This document shows, piece by piece, positions 1 to 10,117 of a stretch of 64,000 nucleotides of DNA. Position numbers and translations under genes: made by a program. The notes beneath the pieces were generated by a model. That model ran no database searches and was not told where the DNA came from. It saw nothing but the letters and a program-made list of their open reading frames with translations. Within the stretch, counting starts at the first letter, position 1; each line of letters opens with the position of its first letter. This DNA is from Nitrospinaceae bacterium (lineage in GTDB: Bacteria > Nitrospinota > Nitrospinia > Nitrospinales > VA-1), in the NCBI GenBank assembly GCA_029261455.1, contig JAJDBH010000210.1, forward strand, positions 136-64,135, in the 5' to 3' direction.

Positions 1-398
1 TTGCCACGCATCCACAATTGCAGAACTTAAGCATCAACGTCCTTCCCCAAGGAGATTCTCTGGAGGCAGTTTTTAATCCATTAGATATCCAGCGTGTCCT
101 GCAGAACCTGATCATCAATGCCGGTTACGTCACCGAAGACGGAGGCCAAATAGATGTTGGGCTCAGTCGGAACGATGGCGACTTGAAGGTGAGTGTGACA
201 GATAAAGGCTGCGGTATACCGGAAGAAGTTCAGGGATATCTTTTTAAAGATTCATTGACCACCAAAAGTGATGGAAACGGACTCGGCCTGCTTTCCTGTA
301 AAGGTATTATCGAAGAAAATCATCAAGGCAAACTTTGGTTTGAAACCGAAGTAGGCAAAGGAACCACCTTCCTCTTCACCCTTCCCGCCCCTCACTAG
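1..398 (+). CDS. Sensor histidine kinase, C-terminal HATPase_c domain (5' truncated by window)
   Basis: N box QNLIINA, G1 box VTDKGCGI, G2 box GNGLGL, terminal GTTFLFTLP. Confidence 0.9.
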   Translation, partial: ATHPQLQNLSINVLPQGDSLEAVFNPLDIQRVLQNLIINAGYVTEDGGQIDVGLSRNDGDLKVSVTDKGCGIPEEVQGYLFKDSLTTKSDGNGLGLLSCKGIIEENHQGKLWFETEVGKGTTFLFTLPAPH

Positions 399-471
399 GC
401 GCGAGGCCAGCACTGCATTAGCCCAAAAGCATGATGAGCGCTCAAGCGCAATACTTATACCTTCCTCCTGT

Positions 472-552
472 CAATGGCAAAAACTTATTAAGCCGAGACA
501 AATTTTTGTTCACCAGTAATAGCTATTGCTATTTGGCCGCCACGCCGAGTGG
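472..552 (-). repeat. Dispersed ~80-bp repeat, copy 1 (CCACTCGGCGTGG...GCAATA...TCTCGGCTT)
   Basis: Reverse complement aligns with 18931, 23482 and 30839; starts immediately after the asnS TAG. Confidence 0.8.
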
Positions 553-1938
553 CTAGAATTTAGCGTGTTTTGGGGTTCTGGGAAAAGGAATTACATCGCG
601 GATATTTTCCATGCCCGTCACAAACTGGACCAGTCTTTCGAATCCTAACCCAAAGCCAGAGTGAGGTGCTGAGCCAAATTTTCGCAGATCGAGATACCAC
701 CAGTACTCTTCCGGGTCGAGATCTTTGTCCCGCATGCGTTGCAACAGGACATCATAGTTTTCTTCTCGCTGGCTACCACCAATGATTTCCCCAAGGTTAG
801 GCAAAAGCACATCCATAGCCCGCACAGTTTCGCCACCTTCATTGAGTTTCATATAAAACGATTTAATCTGCTCTGGGTAGTTGAAAACAATGATCGGTTT
901 TTTAAAGACCTTCTCGCTAAGATAACGTTCGTGTTCAGCCTGAAGAGCAAATCCCCACTCAACAGGATATTTAAAAGTCTCGGTTGATTTTTGCAATTGG
1001 TGAATAGCATCAGTATAGGTCAACCGCTCGAATTGTTTTTCAGTTATGCTTCCAAGAGTCTCCAGAATAGTCTTGTCTATCCGCTGGTTAAAAAACTCCA
1101 TGTCTTCGGCGCAATGTTCCAGCACATCCGACAATAAATACTTGATGAATTCCTCAGCAAGGTCCATATCATCATCCAGGTCATAAAAAGCCATTTCTGG
1201 TTCCACCATCCAGAATTCTGAGAGATGTCGACTGGTATTGGAGTTTTCTGCTCGAAAAGTAGGGCCGAACGTATAAACTTCTGAAAGGGCCATGGCATAG
1301 ATTTCACCTTCCAATTGCCCACTAACAGTGAGCCCGGTTTTCTCGCCGAAAAAATCCTGAGCATAATCAATCTTGCCATCCACAGTCGGAGGACTTGAAA
1401 GATCCAAAGTCGTCACCTGGAACATTTCCCCTGCCCCTTCGCAATCGCTAGTGGTCACAATAGGTGTATTCAGGTAAAGAAAACCCTTTGCCTGAAAAAA
1501 CTGATGAATGGCAAAAGCCAAGCGATTACGAACCCGCATGACCGCGCCAAAAGTATTCGTACGTGGACGAAGGTGGGCAATCTCACGCAAAAATTCAAAG
1601 GAGTGCTTCTTCTTTTGCAGGGGATACGTCTCGACAGGTGCCGGTCCATAAACTTCAATTTTTGTCGCCTGGATTTCCTTGGACTGGCCTTTGCCTTGCG
1701 ATGCGACCAGATTACCCCGCACCGAGACACAACTGCCAGTTGTCATCTGGCTTTCAATGGCAGAATATTCTGGCAGGGCGTGTTCAGCCACCACCTGAAT
1801 ATTAGCGACACAGGAACCATCATTGATCTCAAGAAAGGAAAAACCTCCCTTGGAATCGCGGCGAGTTCTCACCCAACCTTTAACCAACACCTCTCCATCC
1901 TCACCTTTGAGGAGGTCTTTAACTTTTGTTCGCTTCAT
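553..1938 (-). CDS. asnS: Asparagine--tRNA ligase
   Basis: OB-fold [36 protein letters not shown], motif 3 GFGLGFERL. Confidence 0.97.
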   Translation of the reverse strand: MKRTKVKDLLKGEDGEVLVKGWVRTRRDSKGGFSFLEINDGSCVANIQVVAEHALPEYSAIESQMTTGSCVSVRGNLVASQGKGQSKEIQATKIEVYGPAPVETYPLQKKKHSFEFLREIAHLRPRTNTFGAVMRVRNRLAFAIHQFFQAKGFLYLNTPIVTTSDCEGAGEMFQVTTLDLSSPPTVDGKIDYAQDFFGEKTGLTVSGQLEGEIYAMALSEVYTFGPTFRAENSNTSRHLSEFWMVEPEMAFYDLDDDMDLAEEFIKYLLSDVLEHCAEDMEFFNQRIDKTILETLGSITEKQFERLTYTDAIHQLQKSTETFKYPVEWGFALQAEHERYLSEKVFKKPIIVFNYPEQIKSFYMKLNEGGETVRAMDVLLPNLGEIIGGSQREENYDVLLQRMRDKDLDPEEYWWYLDLRKFGSAPHSGFGLGFERLVQFVTGMENIRDVIPFPRTPKHAKF

Positions 1939-2084
1939 AAGCCAGGTTTATCCTTATTAGAGCCTGAGCTGGAAAGAGCTCTTCTCATTGACAATAAAGG
2001 AGTTTTCAGATATTTTAGGGAGCAGTTAACAAAAATTTTTCCCAGCGCTCCATTGGGATTAAAAAAACCTACACCCCATACTTC

Positions 2085-2384
2085 GTGTTTATTCTAGGAA
2101 ATTTACTGCAAGCGACCGCTCAGGTCCTAAACATTGTTTTACAACTCTATATGTGGGTCATCATCATCCGCGCTCTGCTAACCTGGGTGAACCCGGACCC
2201 GCATAATCCCATCGTACAGTTTTTATACAGTATCACAGAACCGGTTTTGCTTCGAGTGCGGCAATTAATCCCCATGTCTGGAATAGGAATCGACTTTTCA
2301 CCGATCATCGTTCTTCTGGCGATTGTTTTCCTTCAAAGTTTTTTGGTCCAGTCGCTAGGAGCCTTGGCACTAAGACTACAGTAA
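2085..2384 (+). CDS. yggT: YggT family membrane protein
   Basis: W-VNPDPHNP...ITEPVL...IDFSPII signature. Confidence 0.92.
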   Translation: MFILGNLLQATAQVLNIVLQLYMWVIIIRALLTWVNPDPHNPIVQFLYSITEPVLLRVRQLIPMSGIGIDFSPIIVLLAIVFLQSFLVQSLGALALRLQ

Positions 2385-2390
2385 TCTATC

Positions 2391-2948
2391 ATGCGCCTGA
2401 CTTATCTTGATATTTTAGAGCAATGCTTCCACGACAAGTTTCGTGGCTACAACAAGCAGGAAGTCGATACATTCCTCCATCTCGTGGCTGATGATTTTAA
2501 ATCCATGTCCGAAGAGATCAAGGATAAGGACCGGCAGGTTGATCTCAAAAACCAAGAGATCAGAGAACTCCAGCAAATCCAGGACGAGCATACCCAGCAG
2601 CAGTCCGAAACGAAAACCTCTCCTGAAGTAGAAGAAGAACTACAGTTATTGCGAAAAGAGCTGGAGGAAAAAACCCAGTTGATCCAGCAAATGAAAGAAG
2701 CCAGTGAAAGCTCGTCAAACGGCAATGGCGCTTTTTCACAACTAACGCCTGAGATGCTGAAGGAAAAAGCAAAAAAGATTATTAACACCGCAAAGCAACA
2801 TGCAGAACAACATAAAGCAAGCGCAGAAAAAGAACTGGACTCCCTGCAAATAGATATCCAGAAACTACAGCAGCAGAAACATCAGCTGATGGATAATATC
2901 CGAACCACTGCAAAGGAGCATTTAAACAAATTTAAGGCAGGAACCTAG
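2391..2948 (+). CDS. DivIVA domain coiled-coil protein
   Basis: N-terminal LTYLDI...FRGYNKQEVDTFL motif followed by coiled coil; yggT-divIVA-yggU synteny. Confidence 0.88.
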   Translation: MRLTYLDILEQCFHDKFRGYNKQEVDTFLHLVADDFKSMSEEIKDKDRQVDLKNQEIRELQQIQDEHTQQQSETKTSPEVEEELQLLRKELEEKTQLIQQMKEASESSSNGNGAFSQLTPEMLKEKAKKIINTAKQHAEQHKASAEKELDSLQIDIQKLQQQKHQLMDNIRTTAKEHLNKFKAGT

Positions 2949-2955
2949 AACGGCA

Positions 2956-3285
2956 ATGCCGGAAAATCAGATCAGGATTAAACCTTGCGAAAGCGGAATC
3001 CGGTTCTCAGCCGTCATTCAGCCCAAGTCATCCCAGAATGAAGTTACGGGCATTCATAACAATTCCTTAAAAGTTAGGTTGACGTCTCCACCCGTAGATG
3101 GAGCTGCCAACAAATCTTGTGTCAAGTTCCTCGCCAAGTGGCTGGGGGTGAGTCCATCCAGGGTCCATATCGTCGCAGGACTCAGCAATAAAAATAAAAC
3201 TATCGAAATTGATGGCATAGATGAATCCGCTTTTCGAGACAAATTAACCACTAAAATTCCCAACCTATTTAAAGAAGAAAGCTAA
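2956..3285 (+). CDS. DUF167/YggU family protein
   Basis: LKVRLTSPPVDGAAN motif. Confidence 0.9.
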   Translation: MPENQIRIKPCESGIRFSAVIQPKSSQNEVTGIHNNSLKVRLTSPPVDGAANKSCVKFLAKWLGVSPSRVHIVAGLSNKNKTIEIDGIDESAFRDKLTTKIPNLFKEES

Positions 3286-4325
3286 TGATTAAAACCATTG
3301 AATATGTAGACGGAGTAGTGAGGATGATCGACCAGACTCTTCTTCCCTCTGAAAAAGTTTTTGTAGATTGCAAAACCATTGAAGAAGTCGGACATGCTAT
3401 CAAGACCATGATCATCCGAGGTGCACCGGCTATCGGTGTCGCCGCAGCTATGGGGGTCAGTCTCGGAGCCGATTCGATCAGTGCTTCCAACTTCGATGAG
3501 TTTTTTGCCGCACTGGAGAAACAATGTGATCAGCTCGGCAAGTCTCGACCCACCGCTGTGAATCTCGCTTGGGCCATCAACAGGATGAAACAAGTTGCAA
3601 AAGACTCAAAAAATCTCCCAGTATCCGAACTCAAAGTCCGACTGAAAGAAGAAGCGCTCACCATCCTGACCGAAGATATAAGCATCAACAAGGCTATGGG
3701 ACAACATGGCCAAACTCTGGTTGAAAGCGGCAATGTGGTTTTGACCCATTGCAACGCCGGGGCTTTGGCAACAGCCGGTTACGGCACTGCACTGGGAGTG
3801 ATCCGAGCATCCATCGGCGCGGGCAAAAATATCCGTGTGCTGGCTAACGAGACACGGCCTTTCCTGCAAGGGGCAAGATTGACGGCATGGGAACTCAAGG
3901 AAGATAATATCCCGGTCAAACTGATCACCGATAGTATGTGTGGTTTCTTCATGAAAAATAAGGAAGTCGATTTGGTCGTTGTTGGAGCAGATCGCATTGC
4001 AGGAAATGGCGATATCGCTAACAAAATAGGAACCTATATGGTCGCGGTGCTCGCCAAAGAAAATAATATTCCTTTTTATGTTGCCGCGCCGGTCTCAACT
4101 CTTGACCTTTCCCTGGCATCCGGCGATGAAATTCCTATCGAAGAACGATCAGCCGAAGAAGTGGTGAACATCAACAATAAAAGAATGGCACCCGAGGGCA
4201 TTGAGGTTGCGCATCCCGCATTCGACATCACCCCCAACAAACTGGTCACCGCCATCATCACAGAAGAAGGCATCGCCCGCCCTCCCTTCACCGAATCTCT
4301 AAAGGCAATGGCACAAAAGAAATGA
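3285..4325 (+). CDS. mtnA: S-methyl-5-thioribose-1-phosphate isomerase
   Basis: IRGAPAIG, RPTAVNL, LTHCNAGALAT, ETRPFLQGARLT, NKIGTY. Confidence 0.96.
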   Translation: MIKTIEYVDGVVRMIDQTLLPSEKVFVDCKTIEEVGHAIKTMIIRGAPAIGVAAAMGVSLGADSISASNFDEFFAALEKQCDQLGKSRPTAVNLAWAINRMKQVAKDSKNLPVSELKVRLKEEALTILTEDISINKAMGQHGQTLVESGNVVLTHCNAGALATAGYGTALGVIRASIGAGKNIRVLANETRPFLQGARLTAWELKEDNIPVKLITDSMCGFFMKNKEVDLVVVGADRIAGNGDIANKIGTYMVAVLAKENNIPFYVAAPVSTLDLSLASGDEIPIEERSAEEVVNINNKRMAPEGIEVAHPAFDITPNKLVTAIITEEGIARPPFTESLKAMAQKK

Positions 4326-5311
4326 GGGCAATGATTTTGGCGGCAGGCTTCGGCACTCGCCTCAAACCCCTCACACTTGGCCTTCCCAAACCCATGTTCC
4401 CAGTATTGAATCGGCCTCTTCTCGAGCACACGCTGAACTTTTTAAGCTCCCAAGGCATTCAAGACATCGTCGTCAATGTGCATCACCTGCCCGAAAAGAT
4501 TATCGAGTATTTCGGCGACGGCACAAAATTCGGGGTACGCCTTCAGTTCTCAATAGAAGAAGAAATTCTCGGAACCGCTGGCGGACTTAAAAAGGCTCAG
4601 TCCTTCTTGGAAAAAGAAACTTTTCTTGTGCTTAACAGCGACGTGCTTGCAGACATAAATCTCGATAGCGTTTTAAATTTTCATAAAGAAAAAAATTCCT
4701 GCCTGACACTGGTGGTCCGACAGGATGCCGAACCAGAAAAATACAGGCCTATAGAATTGAATGATGATGGTCGCATCACCCGGTTTGTGGATGCAGCCAT
4801 CAAGCACTCTTCTACAACAACCCAACGAGTCATGTTCACCGGAATCCAGATCATGGAACCGGAAATATTCTCCCGCATACCCGCAAATAAATTTTGCGGA
4901 ACCACAGAAGATGTATTCCCTGCAATGATTGAAGAAGAACTTCCAGTTTATGGATATCTACATAAAAATTACTGGATAGACATGGGCACAAGAGACACCT
5001 ATATTCAGGCCCAAGCCGATGCACTTGAGGGAAGGGTAGCATTAAAAACTTCGCCGTCCAGAAACCCGGAAGGACCACTAGTCGTTCCACCGGTCCATAT
5101 CGGGAAAGGTTGCGAAATCTCCAAGGACGCACAGGTAGGACCTCATGCAGTGTTGGGAGAAGGTTGCAGGTTACGTTCCGGTGCTGTGGTGGAAAACTCT
5201 ATAATTTGGGAAGGAGCAACCATCGGCTCTGATGCCACCGTACAAAATTCGATTATTGGTAAGGGAGTCGCCATAAATAGTGGCGCGCAGGTGGTCGACA
5301 AGTCTCTGTAG
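4322..5311 (+). CDS. Sugar-phosphate nucleotidyltransferase (mannose-1-P guanylyltransferase-like) with C-terminal left-handed beta helix
   Basis: ILAAGFGTRLKPLT...PKP, GTAGG, WIDMGT, hexapeptide repeats. Confidence 0.88.
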   Translation: MRAMILAAGFGTRLKPLTLGLPKPMFPVLNRPLLEHTLNFLSSQGIQDIVVNVHHLPEKIIEYFGDGTKFGVRLQFSIEEEILGTAGGLKKAQSFLEKETFLVLNSDVLADINLDSVLNFHKEKNSCLTLVVRQDAEPEKYRPIELNDDGRITRFVDAAIKHSSTTTQRVMFTGIQIMEPEIFSRIPANKFCGTTEDVFPAMIEEELPVYGYLHKNYWIDMGTRDTYIQAQADALEGRVALKTSPSRNPEGPLVVPPVHIGKGCEISKDAQVGPHAVLGEGCRLRSGAVVENSIIWEGATIGSDATVQNSIIGKGVAINSGAQVVDKSL

Positions 5312-5323
5312 AGATAAAACCTT

Positions 5324-5354
5324 AACCCCCCTAGTCCCCCTTTGTCAGGGGGAA
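5324..5354 (+). repeat. REP-like hairpin (AACCCCCCTAGTCCCCCTTTGTCAGGGGGAA)
   Basis: TCCCCC/GGGGGA stem between convergent genes; related inverted split copy at 6153-6221. Confidence 0.6.
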
Positions 5355-5369
5355 AGATCATGTTAATTT

Positions 5370-6074
5370 TTATTCATCACTTTCATTGTTCTGTTTCAGG
5401 AAGGGATTAGGTGCTCCGCTTTCCAGCTCTTCCGAACGAGCTTGCGTTCGCCAAACTATATTCATGATATCTTTGATTCTGTCAGCAATGGGCTTAGCAT
5501 CCTCTCCAAGCTTTCTTATCATTACCCCCACATCTCCCATCAAACCATAAAATCGATCCAGATCAGACATTTTTTTATGCAGTTCGCTTTGAAGACGTTC
5601 CAAGCGTTTGAGCAGGCGTTGTTTATGGTCTTTCTCTATTAGCTCAGAACCAGAAATCAAATCTCTCAGTTCATTGATACTTTTTTGAATTTTAGTTAGA
5701 TCACCTTCAGAAAACTCATAGCTAAAACCAGCACCAAGTTTTGCAGCGAATTTCTCTTGAGCATCTATATAAAAACTTTCGTTGGATTTTAGCTCATAGT
5801 CTCTAAATATCTTTCCATCTAAAGAATCAAATAATTCCCTCATCATTTTGATATTAGCAAAGTTACTATTCTTAGAGGATGGCTCTTGAATTTTTCCTTT
5901 AAAGCCTATCTTCTGTAGATAGCTTCTTAAAAAAGCATGGGCCGCCAGATACACTTGAAAATTTTCTTCTCTATTTAACGTCTTATTATCAACCCTCTTA
6001 AAGCGCTGTTTAATTAACTTTAGAGTTTCCCAGTTATCGTCAGGCAGGTTTTCTATAAAATCATCATCAAACAT
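5370..6074 (-). CDS. Hypothetical helical protein, AT-rich
   Basis: 234-aa ORF, visibly more AT-rich than neighbours, no recognised motif. Confidence 0.7.
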   Translation of the reverse strand: MFDDDFIENLPDDNWETLKLIKQRFKRVDNKTLNREENFQVYLAAHAFLRSYLQKIGFKGKIQEPSSKNSNFANIKMMRELFDSLDGKIFRDYELKSNESFYIDAQEKFAAKLGAGFSYEFSEGDLTKIQKSINELRDLISGSELIEKDHKQRLLKRLERLQSELHKKMSDLDRFYGLMGDVGVMIRKLGEDAKPIADRIKDIMNIVWRTQARSEELESGAPNPFLKQNNESDE

Positions 6075-6152
6075 AATTTCCCCACTGGTTTAATTTGGTT
6101 ATGCCAATAGTAAGCCAAAGGCCGTTATATCCAAAAATAAATTGATTGAACC

Positions 6153-6221
6153 TCCACCCTGACAAGGTGGCGTAATACTCTTCCTATATTGTCGTGCCTC
6201 GAAAGGGTATTGAGGGGGGTT
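6153..6221 (-). repeat. REP-like element, inverted and split relative to 5324-5354
   Basis: Reverse strand reads AACCCCCCTCAATACCCTTTC...CCACCTTGTCAGGGTGG. Confidence 0.5.
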
Positions 6222-6308
6222 GCTTTTGTGTGGTTTTCTTGAAATAAAGAGGAAGGTCAAAGTCAGCACGGATGAATTAATCACCCGCGCCAACTCATAA
6301 GTCTTTGC

Positions 6309-6986
6309 TTACAAAAGTTTGTGATTGCTGAGTGTCATTGTTGATACAGAGATAGCACCTTCTTCACAGTTGATGATGCGGCGCTGTTCAGGAAGATCGG
6401 CCTCCCCCACTCTTGTGTATGCATCGGTGTAGCTTTCCACATCTTTCAAACCTTTGGTTTCCGGATTGAAATAGAACACTGAATATTTATGGGTCAGGAA
6501 TTTTCCGTCCTGGTTCTTGCGGCTCTCTTCAATATTGATAGAAAAAGACATGCGCGGTGTCTGCCGGTTGATCTGTTGGATTCGACCGTCTTTGATGCGA
6601 TAGAACGAGCTCATGCCATCTCCACCCATGACCATCTTTCTTCCCAAGGGGTGGGTGCCGTCGTCGCCGAAGTTAAGCTTATACTTGCCGTCTGATTCCT
6701 CAAAAGAACGTGGACCCCGGTGCATGGCAATGGAGGCCAGGTTTTCCGTGAGAAAGCCTTTAGCGTTTTCATCGCTGACATCGGTCTCTATTTCTTTGGG
6801 ACCTTTAACCGTTACGGTACCCTTTTGTTCAGCACCATTTATATTCACCGTCGCATCTGCGGTGAATCCGCCGAACTCTGCTGGCCATCGGGCAGTGTTG
6901 GAAAATACTTCCTGCATCGCTTTGCGTGCCTCAGCATCATCTTCCAATGTGGTTTCGACATCTTTGTCTTTTGTGTAGGTTGCCAT
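6309..6986 (-). CDS. DUF3386 family protein
   Basis: W-x2-F-x-GFTAD, HPLGR, YRIKDGRIQQINR; start moved to ATG 6986 behind an AGGAG RBS. Confidence 0.8.
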   Translation of the reverse strand: MATYTKDKDVETTLEDDAEARKAMQEVFSNTARWPAEFGGFTADATVNINGAEQKGTVTVKGPKEIETDVSDENAKGFLTENLASIAMHRGPRSFEESDGKYKLNFGDDGTHPLGRKMVMGGDGMSSFYRIKDGRIQQINRQTPRMSFSINIEESRKNQDGKFLTHKYSVFYFNPETKGLKDVESYTDAYTRVGEADLPEQRRIINCEEGAISVSTMTLSNHKLL

Positions 6987-7075
6987 GCAAAATCTCCTTA
7001 AAACGTAAAGAGTCCGGCTCAAACCCACAAACCGGACGCTGTTTATAATGTTACTGGGAACAGATTGAGTATACC

Positions 7076-7474
7076 TTATTTCACCGCCACGCTGATATCA
7101 GGAATGCCCTTTTTTTGCAAAAGACCCATGACCTGAATCACATCTCCATAGGGAAGAGATTTATCAGCTCGAATTATAGCGCTTGGTTTTTTGTCCTTGA
7201 GTTCCATTCTTGCAAGAGTTGTTTCTAATCCCAGGAGGGTTAGTGGTTTACCTGCAAGAAAGATTTTTTTGTCTTTCGACATCTCAACCTCCAGAGTTTT
7301 AGTGCTTTCATCGAGGGCAGATGACTTGGAAGTCGGCAGATTAATATCCATCTTTTTGCTGAAATCCACAAACACTGTGGACACCATAAAGAAAATAAGT
7401 AGCAGGAACACCACATCAATCATGGGTGTCATGTCAAACGCAAAACTATCTTCTTCTTCTCTTCTGAATCGCAT
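7076..7474 (-). CDS. exbD: Biopolymer transport protein ExbD/TolR
   Basis: MTPMIDVVFLLLIFFMV TM motif; IRADK. Confidence 0.92.
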   Translation of the reverse strand: MRFRREEEDSFAFDMTPMIDVVFLLLIFFMVSTVFVDFSKKMDINLPTSKSSALDESTKTLEVEMSKDKKIFLAGKPLTLLGLETTLARMELKDKKPSAIIRADKSLPYGDVIQVMGLLQKKGIPDISVAVK

Positions 7475-7502
7475 CGTGTTTTCTCTTTAAACAGAAAGAC
7501 GG

Positions 7503-8267
7503 TCAGCCAGCACTTGATGCCCTTTTAGGTCTTTCTCTGGACGAAGAGGCCTCAGGTTTAGCTTTGTGAATGCCATCATAGGAAAGCTCTTCAATGAGGT
7601 GGAAAGTAATCTCTTCCATCTCAAAAACATAGCGGTCAATTTTTCCCCGAAAATAATGGTACAAAGCCAAAGCTGGAATACCCACTACCATTCCTGCTGC
7701 AGTTGTTATCAACGCTTCGGATATACCGCTAGCCACGAGGCCCGGGTTTCCGGTTCCGCTGATAGAAATCACATTGAAGGCTTTGATCATTCCAAATACA
7801 GTTCCCAAAAGACCCATCATCGGAGTGATGTTTGCCACCGCCCCCAAAACCCGAAGGTTTGAATTCATCAAAGACGCTTCATGTTGTCCCGCACCTTCAA
7901 TTGCTCTTTCAATTTCATCGAGCTTGCCCCCTACCCGCAATACCCCTACTTTTAAAATGCGCGAAAGTGAATTGTCGAAGGAATTGCATAACTGCAAAGT
8001 TTTTTTTATGTCTTTCCAATCCCACTGATTCCGAACATTCTCGAGAAAATCTGAGTTGATGACATTCTTTCTTCTCAGATTATAAAGACGCTCTATAGCG
8101 ATCCCCAGCATGAGTACAGAACTGAAAAGAATGGGATACATCATGACTCCACCTTTTTCAAAAAGGGAGAGCAGTTTCCACGAATCTGAGGAGGCAGGTT
8201 CTGCAGCCAAAGCCAAGCCGGGAAACCCCAATAAAATTAATAGTACAATTCTGACAGTTCGTTTCAT
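7503..8267 (-). CDS. exbB: MotA/TolQ/ExbB proton channel protein
   Basis: PMMGLLGTVFGMI...GISEALITTAAG. Confidence 0.92.
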   Translation of the reverse strand: MKRTVRIVLLILLGFPGLALAAEPASSDSWKLLSLFEKGGVMMYPILFSSVLMLGIAIERLYNLRRKNVINSDFLENVRNQWDWKDIKKTLQLCNSFDNSLSRILKVGVLRVGGKLDEIERAIEGAGQHEASLMNSNLRVLGAVANITPMMGLLGTVFGMIKAFNVISISGTGNPGLVASGISEALITTAAGMVVGIPALALYHYFRGKIDRYVFEMEEITFHLIEELSYDGIHKAKPEASSSRERPKRASSAG

Positions 8268-8446
8268 AATAATGGCTATTTTTCGAAGAAGTTCCCCATC
8301 AAAAAGATGGGAATATCGTTGAAGTTATAGCACGAAGTTTTCTGGATAAGCAAGGTGCTTTAAAGTCCGGCAAAATGATTAAGCTCTTTAAACACAAGGA
8401 TTTTTAGTATATATTCGAGAACAACCGTCAACCATAAAAAACCATA

Positions 8447-9211
8447 ATGTCGCCATTTAGCCTTTTCTCAAAATTCGTATCTTTTTTCACAATAGTTTCC
8501 GTGCTGGTGCTTTTCTTTGGGTGTGCCACCACAAAACAGGAGAAAAACTATTCCGCAAGTCAATTATTGCAACAAGGCAAGCGACTTGCGAAAAAAAAGG
8601 AGGTCGAAGAAGCCAAAGCCAAAATCCAGCAACTGATGGAAGATTATCCCGATAGCAAAGAACGGGTGGCGGCCACCATGTTGCTCGCAGATATTCATTT
8701 CAAAGATGAAAACTATGAAGAGGCAAAATTTCATTACCAAAAGTTCACCGAACTCTACCCCGCTCACCAATTTGTGGACCGAGCGCATTTTTACAAAGCC
8801 ATGTCCAACTTCAAGTTGACGGATCTGGCTTCTCGAGATTTAACGCCAGTCAATTCTGCATTGGAAGGGTTTCAGCGTTTCATAGAAGATTTCCCGAAAA
8901 GTTCTTACGCCAAACCGGCACAATTAAAAATTACCCAGTGCCTTGATATTCTGGCGCAAAACATATTTGAAATCGGCAAGTTTTATTACCGCACCGGTTC
9001 TTATCAGTCGGCTATTCAGAGGTTCAAACGCTTGAAAGTGACATACCCCAATCATTCCTATATTCTCGAAGCAGAATTTCTATTGGGCGAATCCTATTTC
9101 CACGAGCAAAATTTTTCAGAGGCCACCGCTTATTATAAAAACGTCATCAGAAGCTCTCCACGAAGCGAGTTCGCAAAAGAAGCACGGCTTCGCCTGAGAA
9201 CCCTGCGCTGA
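8447..9211 (+). CDS. bamD: Outer membrane assembly lipoprotein BamD (TPR)
   Basis: Lipobox FFGC, TPR repeats, RD..PV..A...F...FPKSSY, IGKFY. Confidence 0.85.
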   Translation: MSPFSLFSKFVSFFTIVSVLVLFFGCATTKQEKNYSASQLLQQGKRLAKKKEVEEAKAKIQQLMEDYPDSKERVAATMLLADIHFKDENYEEAKFHYQKFTELYPAHQFVDRAHFYKAMSNFKLTDLASRDLTPVNSALEGFQRFIEDFPKSSYAKPAQLKITQCLDILAQNIFEIGKFYYRTGSYQSAIQRFKRLKVTYPNHSYILEAEFLLGESYFHEQNFSEATAYYKNVIRSSPRSEFAKEARLRLRTLR

Positions 9212-9223
9212 ACTCAGAAAATT

Positions 9224-10108
9224 ATGCCAAAAACTCCCAAACAAAAACCCACAAAACGTTCTTCTCCAGCGAAAAGTAAAGGGACCAACCATGACCCATT
9301 GACTCAATACATGGAAGAGATCGGCAAGATCAAGATTCTCACCCGGGAAGAAGAAATCAAATTGGCAGAATCTATTAAAGCCGGAGACCCTAAAGCCATT
9401 CAGGAAATGGTGCGTAGAAATTTAAAGTATGTCGTGACCGTGGCCAATAAATATCGCGGGCTGGGTATTTCTCTGCAAGACTTGATTGAGGAAGGAAATA
9501 TCGGATTGATTCAGGCCGCTAAACGCTTTGACGTCTCCAGAAACGTTAAGTTTATCACCTATGCGGTCTGGTGGATCAAGCAAGCTATCATGCATTCTCT
9601 CGCCGAACAGTCCGGCACGGTCAAGCTACCCGTCAAACAGGCTGGGAAAGTCCTCAAAATCAATAAAAAAAGCCAGCAAATGGTGCAAGACTTGGAGCGC
9701 GAACCGACCCAATCCGAACTGGCAAAGAGTTTGGGATACAAGGATGAAGAAGTCAACTCCATCATGCGCGCCTACAGAACCCACCTTTCGCTCGATTCTC
9801 CGTTGAAAGACAGTGAAGACACGCCCTACCTTGATCTTCTGGAAAGTCAGGATCTCATCCCCTACGATGACCAACTGATGCAAGCATCACTCAGCGAAAA
9901 AGTTGATCAATTGCTTGAAGACCTATCGGAGAGGGAAGCCTTGATTCTCAAAATGCGTTTCGGTTTTTTTGGAGAAGTGAGAACGTTGGAGGAAATCGGC
10001 AAAGAGATCGGCCTTTCCCGCGAACGGGTGCGGCAAATCGAAAAAAGAGCCAAGTTAAAACTGAAGTCTAAACTTCAAAGCGAGTCTTGGGTGGACGAAA
10101 CAGAGTGA
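9224..10108 (+). CDS. Sigma-70 family group-2-like sigma factor (no region 1.1)
   Basis: DLIEEGNIGLIQAAKRFD, KFITYAVWWIKQAI, TLEEIG..SRERVRQIE. Confidence 0.92.
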   Translation: MPKTPKQKPTKRSSPAKSKGTNHDPLTQYMEEIGKIKILTREEEIKLAESIKAGDPKAIQEMVRRNLKYVVTVANKYRGLGISLQDLIEEGNIGLIQAAKRFDVSRNVKFITYAVWWIKQAIMHSLAEQSGTVKLPVKQAGKVLKINKKSQQMVQDLEREPTQSELAKSLGYKDEEVNSIMRAYRTHLSLDSPLKDSEDTPYLDLLESQDLIPYDDQLMQASLSEKVDQLLEDLSEREALILKMRFGFFGEVRTLEEIGKEIGLSRERVRQIEKRAKLKLKSKLQSESWVDETE

Positions 10109-10117
10109 CCTCACATT

